A stretch of 32,000 nucleotides of DNA from Allobaculum fili. GTDB taxonomy: Bacteria > Bacillota_I > Bacilli_A > Erysipelotrichales > Erysipelotrichaceae. Where the stretch lies: assembly GCF_020969955.1 (NCBI RefSeq), contig NZ_JAHDSX010000026.1:2523-34522 (forward strand). The letters run 5' to 3'. The position numbers and the translations under genes were made by a program. The stretch's first letter is position 1. Every line of letters starts with the position of its first letter. The notes below the pieces were generated by a model that worked only from the letters and a program-made list of their open reading frames with translations, was not told the origin of the DNA and did no database searches. Below are positions 1 to 8,100 of this stretch, one piece after another.

Positions 1-147
1 CTGCTGATCCGTAAGACATATCCGTTACAGGGTTATGCAGCAGAACATATCTTCAGTTTTGGCTGCAATACGAAAAAAATCAACTCCCTCCCTGGATTCC
101 GCGAAAAACAGCTGCATCCAGAGAGACCAAATAAAAAAGCGGAATGA
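1..147 (+). CDS. possible 3' end of an upstream CDS cut by the window edge (product unknown)
   Basis: Frame 1 is the only plus-strand frame open from nt 1. It runs 48 codons to TGA at 145-147, inside the loop of the terminator hairpin at 133-160. No family recognised. Confidence 0.25.
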   Translation: MLIRKTYPLQGYAAEHIFSFGCNTKKINSLPGFREKQLHPERPNKKAE

Positions 148-160
148 GATCCGCTTTTTG
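133..160. terminator. bidirectional rho-independent terminator downstream of tpx
   Basis: AAAAAAGCGGA-atgaga-TCCGCTTTTT: a GC stem flanked by an A-run and a T-run, about 45 nt past the tpx stop. Confidence 0.7.
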
Positions 161-203
161 TACGCCAGTAAGGCATTAGAAATTGCTGAGAAGGGAAGCG
201 CGC

Positions 204-692
204 TTACTGCAGGCCAGCAGCTTCGAGCAGAGCCACATAATCCGGTTCGTTTGCGACTTCGGAGACGTATTCGTCATAGATGATCTTTCCGTTTTCGTCG
301 ACTACGAATGCTGCGCGGCAGAGCAGACCGTTCTCTTTCATCTTCGTGCCGGTCTTGGCACTGAAGTCTTCAAGATGGAAGTTCGAGAGCGTTTCGATCC
401 GATCGTTTTCATGATCGCGGTTCCATCTGGCGAGCGCGAAGGGAAGATCCTGAGAGACGGAGATCACGCGGACCTCAGGTTTTCCATTCATGAAGTGAAG
501 GAACTTGCCCAGCTCGAGCGAGCAGACGGGTGTATCGATGGATGGTACCGCAAGCACGATGGTCTTGCCAGACTTGCTCATGGGTTCAACTTCGTTGAAG
601 TCGGCATCGAGCGCTTTGAATGACGGGAAGGTATCGCCGGTTTTGATCGGCGTGCCCTCGAGTGTAACCGGTTTAGAGCCAAAGGTAATCAT
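204..692 (-). CDS. tpx: thiol peroxidase (atypical 2-Cys peroxiredoxin, Tpx family)
   Basis: 162 aa. The sequence fits Tpx throughout, including VPSIDTPVC around the peroxidatic Cys and FVVDENGKI near the C-terminus. GGAGG lies 5 nt upstream of the ATG. Confidence 0.9.
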   Translation of the reverse strand: MITFGSKPVTLEGTPIKTGDTFPSFKALDADFNEVEPMSKSGKTIVLAVPSIDTPVCSLELGKFLHFMNGKPEVRVISVSQDLPFALARWNRDHENDRIETLSNFHLEDFSAKTGTKMKENGLLCRAAFVVDENGKIIYDEYVSEVANEPDYVALLEAAGLQ

Positions 693-712
693 AGATCCTC
701 CTGTATTTAAAA

Positions 713-727
713 ATATAACTATTATAT
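713..727. promoter_or_regulatory. candidate Fur-family (PerR-like) 7-1-7 box overlapping the tpx -10
   Basis: ATATAAC-T-ATTATAT matches the B. subtilis Per box TTATAATnATTATAA at 12 of 14 defined positions. The region is AT-rich, so a chance match is plausible. Confidence 0.3.
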
Positions 728-750
728 TTTCCCAGAAAATTGTATGAAAA
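721..750 (-). promoter_or_regulatory. candidate sigma-A promoter of tpx
   Basis: On the minus strand: TTTTCA, 18-nt spacer, TATAAT. The -10 lies about 30 nt upstream of the tpx ATG. Confidence 0.45.
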
Positions 751-1013
751 TCAGAAGATTGCCCTAATAAGTTGTGATTTCATAGAATTTTGTGTGGAAT
801 ACAATCTTTAATGATTTAAATAATAAGCGTAAAATTAAGATTACAGCAAGCTGAATGTATAGTCACACGTATGAAAAGGTAAGCTCTTATTTTTGGGCAA
901 ATCATTTCATCTCTGCACTATAGTTCAGTATACTGTGGTTTTTAACGGCTCAGAAGAAGACCCTCCTCGCTCTTCTTGGCAAAAAAAGATAAAGGAATAA
1001 GGAAGTAACCGCT

Positions 1014-1346
1014 ATGAACAAGATTCTCTCCAAAAAGGAATTCGAAATTATGATGACCATGTGGCAGCTGGATAAACCAGCTTCGTTCAGCGATATTCTT
1101 GAGGCGAACCCGAACCTGAACCGGAATACACTGCTCGCCGCCATCCGGCGTCTGATCAGTGAAGGAATTCTGCGCGTAGATGGTTTTGATTACCACAAGA
1201 ATTCCCTGACACGCCTCTTCGTCCCCGTAGTATCGATGTACGACTATTTCGCACAGTTCATGAGTCCGACCCAGAAGGAAGGCATGATCGGCTATCTCAA
1301 GGAATCGCTCGAACCTGGTCAGGTTTCCGCGAAAGCGCAGAGATAA
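1014..1346 (+). CDS. BlaI/MecI/CopY-family winged-helix transcriptional repressor (orphan)
   Basis: 110 aa. The N-terminal pattern LSKKEFEIMMTMWQ...SFSDIL...NTLLAAIRRLISEGIL...Y.P is typical of the penicillinase-repressor family. AAGGAAG RBS is present. Confidence 0.65.
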   Translation: MNKILSKKEFEIMMTMWQLDKPASFSDILEANPNLNRNTLLAAIRRLISEGILRVDGFDYHKNSLTRLFVPVVSMYDYFAQFMSPTQKEGMIGYLKESLEPGQVSAKAQR

Positions 1347-1418
1347 GGGCAGCCGCGAAATTCGTCCACATAAATTTCGGCCCAACCCCACACACTCAGA
1401 ACCACGTGAATACACACA

Positions 1419-1495
1419 AAAACACCGGAACAATCCTGAAGGATCTGGCGCAGGCCAGATTCTAGGAGGGGATGCTCCGGTGTTTCCTTTTTTAT
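1419..1495. terminator. bidirectional nested-hairpin terminator between the convergent regulator gene and purB
   Basis: The outer stem AAACACCGGA/TCCGGTGTTT encloses the inner hairpin ATCTGGC-gcag-GCCAGAT (1443-1460). T-runs follow on both strands. Confidence 0.6.
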
Positions 1496-1563
1496 ACGTT
1501 AGTGTTTTTTGTGCCAGGTGATTTTAAGTCTGAGATTTCGCGCAGATCCGAACGATCCTTCGA

Positions 1564-3000
1564 TCAGACATTGATCTCGGCATCGAGCTGTTCGGCTTCC
1601 GGATGCTTAGCGAGAATTGGATCGACGACGTTCTTGAAGAACTCTTCGGTCTGTTCCGGCGCACGTCCAACGTAGAGGGAAGGATTCATGCGGGCTTCGA
1701 GTTCGTCCATCGTCAGCGGGAAACGATCGTCTGCCGCAATGCGTTCGAGCAGATCGTTTTCACGGCCGAATTCCTTAACCTGACGAGCGGCTTCCATGGA
1801 ATGAACACGGATAGCTTCGTGCAGTTCCTGACGGTCGCCTCCGGCTTTTACCGCATCCATCATGATGTTCTCGGTCGCCATGAACGGCAGCTCGCGGCGC
1901 AAGTCAGCTTCAACGACTTTCGGATAAACGACCAGACCGTCGGTGATGTTCAGGTAGAGGTCGAGAATGCCATCGGTGGCCAGGAACGCTTCGGCTACGG
2001 CGATGCGCTTGTTGGCGGAATCGTCGAGCGTACGTTCGAACCACTGTGTAGAAGCAGTAATAGCTGGGTTCATCGTATCCGCAAGAACGTAGTTGGCCAG
2101 GGCAGCCATGCGCTCGCTGCGCATCGGGTTGCGTTTGTAGGCCATGGCGGAAGAACCGATCTGACCTTTTTCAAAAGGCTCTTCCATTTCTTTCTTATGC
2201 TGGAGAAGACGCAGGTCATTGGAGAACTTGTGCGCGGACTGCGCTACGCCAGAGAGCGCCTGCAGCACGCGGGTATCGTATTTTCTCGGATAGGTTTGAC
2301 CGCTTACCGCAAACCAGTCATCGTAGCCCATCTTCTTGCAGATCAGCTCATCGATGCGGGCGGCTTTTTTGGAATCGCCGTCAAACAGTTCCAGGAAGGA
2401 AGCCTGTGTACCGGTCGTTCCTTTCTGACCGAGCAGTTTCTTATGTTCGAGCAGCCAGGTGATCTCTTCGTAGTCCATGACGAGATCCTGGGCCCATAAG
2501 GAAGCGCGCTTGCCGATGGTCGTCGGCTGTGCGGGCTGGAAATGCGTAAAGGCAAGCGCCGGCATGTCCTTGTATTCCAGGGCGAATTTTTTAAGACGGG
2601 CAAGAACCGCCGCAATTTTGGCCTGAATGAGTTCGAGGCCTTCATGCATGACGATCAGATCCGTGTTGTCGCCGACGTAGCAGCTGGTAGCGCCCAGGTG
2701 AATGATTCCCTTGGCTTCCGGAGCCTGCAGACCGTAGGCGTAGACGTGAGACATGACGTCGTGGCGAACGATTTTCTCACGGGCCTTGGCATCTTCGTAG
2801 TTGATGTCCTTAGCGTGTTCTTTAAGCTGAGCGATCTGCTCATCGGTAATATCGAGACCGAGTTCCTGTTCGGCTTCGGCAAGAGCGATCCAGAGCTTTC
2901 TCCACGTCTGGAATTTCTTTTCTTCGGAAAAGAGATATTTCATTTCCGGCGATGCGTAGCGCTGGGAAAGCGGGGACTGGTATTCTGTATGGCTGCTCAT
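1564..3000 (-). CDS. purB: adenylosuccinate lyase
   Basis: 478 aa, fumarate-lyase superfamily, with the GSSAMAYKRNP signature loop. The start overlaps the purC stop (ATGA). Confidence 0.96.
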   Translation of the reverse strand: MSSHTEYQSPLSQRYASPEMKYLFSEEKKFQTWRKLWIALAEAEQELGLDITDEQIAQLKEHAKDINYEDAKAREKIVRHDVMSHVYAYGLQAPEAKGIIHLGATSCYVGDNTDLIVMHEGLELIQAKIAAVLARLKKFALEYKDMPALAFTHFQPAQPTTIGKRASLWAQDLVMDYEEITWLLEHKKLLGQKGTTGTQASFLELFDGDSKKAARIDELICKKMGYDDWFAVSGQTYPRKYDTRVLQALSGVAQSAHKFSNDLRLLQHKKEMEEPFEKGQIGSSAMAYKRNPMRSERMAALANYVLADTMNPAITASTQWFERTLDDSANKRIAVAEAFLATDGILDLYLNITDGLVVYPKVVEADLRRELPFMATENIMMDAVKAGGDRQELHEAIRVHSMEAARQVKEFGRENDLLERIAADDRFPLTMDELEARMNPSLYVGRAPEQTEEFFKNVVDPILAKHPEAEQLDAEINV

Positions 3001-3713
3001 TCGGCGTCAAACCCCATGCGTTTGAAGACTTCCTGATAAGCGCCTTCCGGATTGCCAAGGTCGCGGCGGAACGTATCCTTATCGAGATGTGCGCCGGTCT
3101 TCATATCCCAGTAGCGGCATGTATCCGGAGAGATTTCGTCGGCCAGAACGATCTGTCCGTCTTTTGTTTTACCGAATTCAAGTTTGAAGTCGATGAGTTC
3201 GATGCCGATGGAGGCAAAGAATTCTTTCAGCACTTCGTTGACCTGGAATGCGTACTTGGTGATGGTTTCGATTTCTTCCTCTGTTGCAGCTCCGATGGCG
3301 CGGGCCATGTAGGAGTTGATCAGCGGATCGCCCAGATCGTCGTCCTTGTAGCTGAATTCAAGGGTGGAACATTTCAGTTCGCTGCCTTCCGGGATGCCCA
3401 GACGCTTGGAGAACGAGCCGGCAGCTTTGTTGCGGATAATGACTTCGAGAGGGATGATATCCACTTTCTTTACAACCGTTTTGCGGTCGTCGATTTCTTC
3501 GACAAGATGAGTGGGAACGCCTTTGGTTTCCAGAATCTTCATCAGGTAGTTCGTCATGCGGTTGTTGATGGCGCCTTTGCCTTTGATCGTTCCTTTTTTC
3601 AGACCGTTGAACGCGGTCGCATCGTCCTTATAGTCGACGATGACCAGATCGGGATCCTCACAGGCATACACTTTTTTTGCTTTGCCCTCATAGAGCATTT
3701 CTTTTTCTTCCAT
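2997..3713 (-). CDS. purC: phosphoribosylaminoimidazole-succinocarboxamide (SAICAR) synthase
   Basis: 238 aa. N-terminus LYEGKAKKVY and the overall sequence are typical of PurC. AAGGAGG RBS is present. Confidence 0.96.
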   Translation of the reverse strand: MEEKEMLYEGKAKKVYACEDPDLVIVDYKDDATAFNGLKKGTIKGKGAINNRMTNYLMKILETKGVPTHLVEEIDDRKTVVKKVDIIPLEVIIRNKAAGSFSKRLGIPEGSELKCSTLEFSYKDDDLGDPLINSYMARAIGAATEEEIETITKYAFQVNEVLKEFFASIGIELIDFKLEFGKTKDGQIVLADEISPDTCRYWDMKTGAHLDKDTFRRDLGNPEGAYQEVFKRMGFDAE

Positions 3714-3737
3714 AGTTCCTCCTTAACAAACGCCTAC

Positions 3738-3765
3738 ATTATAGCCGGCCCCCATCTTCTTTCAA
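3738..3765 (-). promoter_or_regulatory. candidate sigma-A promoter of purC-purB
   Basis: On the minus strand: TTGAAA, 16-nt spacer, TATAAT. The -10 ends about 25 nt upstream of the purC ATG, so the leader is short and leaves no room for a riboswitch. Confidence 0.55.
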
Positions 3766-3865
3766 CCAAACCCTGTTTGGATTGGCCGGACCGTTTCCAT
3801 TTTTCATTCATTTCCCATTACCCGCAAAGGAATGAAACGATTTCATGAAAGTTGTATGGAAAAAT

Positions 3866-3900
3866 TTCAGTACGAAATTCAGTACGAAATTCAGTAAAAG
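3866..3900. repeat. 2.9 tandem copies of the 12-mer TTCAGTACGAAA
   Basis: Read directly: TTCAGTACGAAA TTCAGTACGAAA TTCAGTAAAAG, in the purC/purE divergent region. Confidence 0.9.
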
Positions 3901-4034
3901 ACCGATGTGCCTTTCCTCTCTCTGCTATCCGGTTTTGCGCATTTGGAATCTGGCTTTGAAATATTGGTAAAGGAGGGAACAGGCGGCAAAACCGGTAAAC
4001 CGCATCCATATGTGTTTTATGTCTATTCGATATT

Positions 4035-4092
4035 CTTTCCAGATTTTCGGATCTTCCCGATCACTTTCTGGATTTTCCCGATCTCTTCTGTG
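4035..4092. repeat. imperfect direct repeat with a period of about 29 nt
   Basis: CTTTCCAGATTTTCGGATCT... is followed by CTTTCTGGATTTTCCCGATCT.... The shared cores are CTTTC, GATTTTC and CCGATC. Confidence 0.6.
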
Positions 4093-4458
4093 CCTTCTCT
4101 ATATTCTGAACGGTATTTCTGAGCTGGTCTTTAAAACCTTTTGCAGGATGTCTGGTATACGGCCTGTTCCAGGAATGGCGTACGGCCGATTCAGCCGGTT
4201 CACAAAAAAATCGCCCGTCTGGGCCAATGGAAGTGCTGCGGCTTCTGTCGAATCTTTTCTGAGGGTGTCGATAAAGCGGAGGTGTCCGGGAAGAAAACCG
4301 GTGTGGAAAGAAAAACGCACGGCTATGAAAATATTTTCATAAAAAACGTAAGCGGTATATTTTTGGATCAAATGTAGGGATTTCAGTTTTTTTGCCCGAA
4401 TTCTCCCTGTTTTGCCGGCTGGCCCAATCAGATGCCGTTGAAAAGAATTTTCCTTTTG

Positions 4459-4522
4459 CATACCATAACCTCGCAAGGGGGTCACCCCATGCGGCTTTTG
4501 GAGGATTAAGGTTATGGTCATG
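4459..4522 (+). promoter_or_regulatory. structured leader element (riboswitch-like aptamer candidate, class not recognised)
   Basis: The 12-bp outer helix CATACCATAACC / GGTTATGGT(c)ATG encloses CCTC/GAGG and the hairpin GCA-A-GGGG-GTCA-CCCC-A-TGC, with asymmetric internal loops. Confidence 0.4.
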
Positions 4523-4561
4523 ACTTTAGTGAACAAAAGTAAAAACGAAAACGCTATTTTC

Positions 4562-4595
4562 AGCATGCCGCTCAAACAAACCCGGCATGCTTTTT
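4562..4595 (+). terminator. intrinsic terminator (attenuator) 28 nt upstream of purE
   Basis: AGCATGCCG-N12-CGGCATGCT, a 9-bp perfect stem, followed by TTTTT. Confidence 0.75.
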
Positions 4596-4623
4596 CATTG
4601 CCCACAGGGGCGGGAGGAAATGT

Positions 4624-5118
4624 ATGAACGATAAAAAAGTCCTGGTTGTCATGGGAAGCCGTTCGGATCTGCCTGTCATGCAGGCGTGTCTGGATCAGCT
4701 CAAGGCACTGGAAATCCCGTACGAAGTCCGCGTACTTTCTGCACATCGTACGCCGGATGCGGTTCTCGAGCTGTCGCGCACAGCGGCTGAGAAGGGAATT
4801 CAGGTCATTATTGCTGCTGCAGGCGGTGCCGCGCATTTAGCCGGCGTACTCGCCAGCTCGACCATTCTGCCGGTCATCGGCATTCCGATGCAGACTTCGG
4901 CATTAGGCGGCATGGACTCGCTGCTGTCCACCGTTCAGATGCCGGCCGGCGTTCCGGTTGCTACGGTTGCCATCGGTAAAGCCGGGGCGAAAAACGCGGC
5001 TGTGCTCGCTGGACAGATGCTGGCGCTGGCCGATCCGAAAATGGCCGAAATCATCACCCGCTTCAAGGAAGAGCAGAAAGCCACTGTGCTCGCTGGATCC
5101 GTTCTGGAGGAAGAATAA
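4624..5118 (+). CDS. purE: N5-carboxyaminoimidazole ribonucleotide mutase (class I PurE-like)
   Basis: 164 aa with SAHRTP and AAGGAAHLAGV motifs, as in E. coli-type PurE. GGGAGG RBS is present. Confidence 0.93.
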   Translation: MNDKKVLVVMGSRSDLPVMQACLDQLKALEIPYEVRVLSAHRTPDAVLELSRTAAEKGIQVIIAAAGGAAHLAGVLASSTILPVIGIPMQTSALGGMDSLLSTVQMPAGVPVATVAIGKAGAKNAAVLAGQMLALADPKMAEIITRFKEEQKATVLAGSVLEEE

Positions 5119-5122
5119 AGAA

Positions 5123-8100
5123 ATGAATACCCGCCGATTTATTCGCAAAAAACCGGCTTTTCAGGTCGAAAGCCGGTCGCTGGAAGAAACGCTGCGCACC
5201 GATCTCGGTCTGCGCGACGATTTCCATCTCGATCAGTACGTCATTTACGACATTTTCAATGCCGATGACGACGATCTCGCCCTTCTCGAAGGTCAGGTTA
5301 TTGCTGAACCGGCAATCGACGAAGTGCTCGATCATGTCGATACCGAAGGCAAGTACACGCTGGCCATGGAATATCTGCCCGGTCAGTATGACCAGCGTGC
5401 CGATTCCGCCATGCAGTGTCTGATGCTGCTCAACAGCCGTCAGGATGTACGCATTCACTCCGGAACGCTGCTCGTCATGGAAAACCTCGACGACAAGCAG
5501 GCAGAAGAAATTGAAGCCTACATGATCAACCCGGTCGAAGCCCGCAGGAAGAACATGGATGTGCTCGATGACTCCCAGAGCATCGACATTCAGGACGTAC
5601 CGACCGTTGAAGGCTTTACCAAAATGAGCGAAGAAGAACTCGAGGGTCTGCGCGAATCGCTTGGTCTGGCCATGTCGCTCGAAGATCTCGTTTTCGTTCA
5701 GTCCTATTTTAAAGAGGAGGAAAAACGCGATCCGTCCCTGACGGAAATCCGCGTTCTTGATACGTACTGGTCCGATCATTGCCGCCATACGACATTTGAA
5801 ACCATTCTTCAGTCGGTCGATTTCAAAAACGATACGTTTGGAAAACAGATTGAAGACGCGTGGAACCAGTATCTGGATCTGCGTGCCGAAACCGGACGGG
5901 AAGAAAAGCCGATTACGCTGATGGATCTCGCTACCATCGCCGGCCGTACGCTGCGCAAGCGCGGCAAGCTCGACGATCAGGAAGTGAGCGATGAAATCAA
6001 CGCCTGCTCCATTGAAATCGAAGTCGACGTCAACGGAACGAAACAGCCCTGGCTGCTCATGTTCAAAAACGAAACCCATAACCACCCGACCGAAATCGAA
6101 CCGTTCGGCGGCGCCAGCACCTGCATCGGCGGCGCGATCCGCGACCCGCTCTCCGGACGCAGCTACGTTTATCAGGCCGTCCGCATTACCGGTGCCGGCG
6201 ATGTTACCGCACCGCTTGCTGATACGCTCGAACACAAGCTGCCGCAGTCCAAAATTTCCAAAACCGCGGCCAAAGGCTATTCCTCCTACGGAAACCAGAT
6301 CGGTCTGGCGACCACCTACGTTGAAGAACTGTTTGATCCCGGCTATACCGCCAAGCGCATGGAAGTCGGCGGTGTCATCGGTGCCGCCCCGAAAAATCAT
6401 GTCAAACGCGAAAAGCCGCAGCCGGGCGATGTGATCATTTACATCGGCGGCGCAACCGGGCGCGACGGCATCGGCGGCGCGACCGGATCTTCCAAAGAAC
6501 ACAATGACCAGTCTCTGGATACATGCTCGTCCGAAGTACAGAAGGGCAACGCGCTTATGGAGCGCAAGCTGCAGCGTCTGTTTTCCAATCCGGATGCGAC
6601 CCGTCTGATCAAGAAAGCCAATGACTTTGGCGCCGGCGGTGTTTCCGTCGCAGTCGGCGAACTGGCTGACGGCCTCGATATTGATCTCGATGCGGTACCT
6701 GTAAAATACGCCGGCCTCGACGGCACAGAACTGGCGATTTCCGAAAGTCAGGAGCGCATGGCCGTCTGCATTGCTGCCGAAGATAAAGAAGCCTTCCTGA
6801 AAGAATGCGAAAAGGAAAACCTGAACGCCGTTCAGGTCGCCACCGTAACCGATACAAACCGCCTCGTTATGAAATGGCGAGGCGATACGATCGTCGATCT
6901 CGACCGTTCCTTCCTCGATACCAACGGTGTCCGTCAGAAAGTTGATGTCACCATTCTCGAAGGCGAAAGCGAATGCAATCCATTCGTTTCCAGTGAGAAA
7001 ACGCTTGATGAAGCGCTCGCCGAAGACAATACCGCAAACCAGCGCGGTCTTTCCGAAATGTTCGATGCTTCGATCGGCAAGAGCACCGTGCTCATGCCGT
7101 TTGGCGGAAAGACGCAGCACACTCCGGAAATCGGTTCCGTACAGAAACTGCCGGTACGCGGATTTACGACAACGTGCTCAGCGATGACCTACGGTTTTGA
7201 TCCGAAGCTTTCCCGCTTCTCGCCATGGCTTGGCGCGCAGTACTCCGTTGTCGAAGCCCTCGCCCGTCTGAGCGCGCTCGGCTTTGATCCGCTCACTGCC
7301 CGTCTGTCCAATCAGGAATACTTTGAACGTCTCGGTTTCGATCCAGACAAATGGGGCTATCCGCTGCAGGCGCTGCTCGGTCTGGTCAAAGCCGAAATGG
7401 AATTTGAAACGCCGGCCATCGGCGGCAAGGACTCGATGAGCGGTACGTTCAACGATATTCACGTTCCGCCCACGCTGATCACATTCGCCACAGCCGTTAC
7501 CGATACCGATCATGTGATCTCTTCCGCCTTTAAGGAGCCGGGTCATCTGATTTATCTGGTTCGTCATATTCCTGAAAAGGACGGCAGCCCGAACTACGAA
7601 CAGCTCAAGCACAATTTCGCCTCCATTCAGGAAGAAAACGAAAACGGCCATATCGCTGCAGCCCGCATCGTCAAGGATGGCGGTGTCGGGGCCGCTCTGG
7701 CGATCATGGCGTTTGGCAACGAAATCGGCGTCAATGCCAGTGTCGACGATCCGTTTGGATTTGGCATCGGCTCGATTGTTGTCGAAACGACGGAAGACAT
7801 CGACCGCGACAACTGGATTCTTTTAGGCCATACGACCAAAGCCCAGGACATCACGCTCAATGAAAAAACGGAAAGCCTCGCGCAGGCCTATGCCGCCTGG
7901 AGCGAACGCTACGCCCGTCTCTATCCGACTGAAGCGCCCGCCAGAACAGAAAAAGACGCACAGAAAGCCAAAGCCGTTTCAACCTATTCTTCTGAGAAGC
8001 GCTATTCCAAAGTGAAATACGATAAACCGCTCGTTGTCATTCCGGTCTTCCCAGGACAGAACTGCGAATTCGATACCGCGGAAAAATTCCGCCGCGCCGG

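Noticed and set aside
3866-3900. Possibility that the 12-mer tandem repeat is a CRISPR array or minisatellite.
   Set aside because: The units are contiguous with no spacers, are only 12 nt long and number fewer than three copies. There are no cas genes. It is better explained as an operator array or replication slippage.
4240-4325. Loose resemblance to ykkC/PRPP-type riboswitch segments (GAGGGTGTCG, GTGTCCGGGAAG, GCACGG).
   Set aside because: The supporting helices do not form (only a 4-bp CCGG/CCGG pairing). The conserved 3' GGGA-AAAAGCCCGGGAGA element is absent. The site is 300 nt from purE, with a separate leader hairpin and terminator in between. This is probably a chance similarity.
4099-4836. 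245-aa minus-strand ORF spanning the purE 5' end and the intergenic region. Small ORFs at 3818-4009, 3907-4122, 4010-4342 and 4141-4377 fall in the same region.
   Set aside because: None has a Shine-Dalgarno sequence or recognisable motifs. One is partly antisense to purE, and another simply translates the 12-mer tandem repeat (EFRTEFRTE). All are treated as non-coding.
4958-5122. 55-codon N-terminal extension of the purL ORF overlapping the 3' end of purE.
   Set aside because: The extension (MLRLPSVKPGRKTRLCSLDRCW...) is out-of-frame read-through of purE sequence. The ATG at 5123 has a GGAGGAAG RBS and begins 5 nt after the purE stop.
5063-7120. 685-aa minus-strand ORF antisense to purL. 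Similar long antisense ORFs occur at 1603-2499, 2952-3848, 9251-10201, 11376-12335, 12632-13828, 14176-15495, 18523-19497, 21266-22060, 22459-23445, 23914-25089, 25150-25977, 26212-28035, 28560-29759 and 30588-31256.
   Set aside because: Each lies opposite a gene with unmistakable family signatures. Those I phase-checked are in the codon-aligned antisense frame, and their translations are Arg/Gly/Val/Phe-rich with no recognisable motifs, RBS or signal sequences. They are shadow ORFs produced by codon bias.
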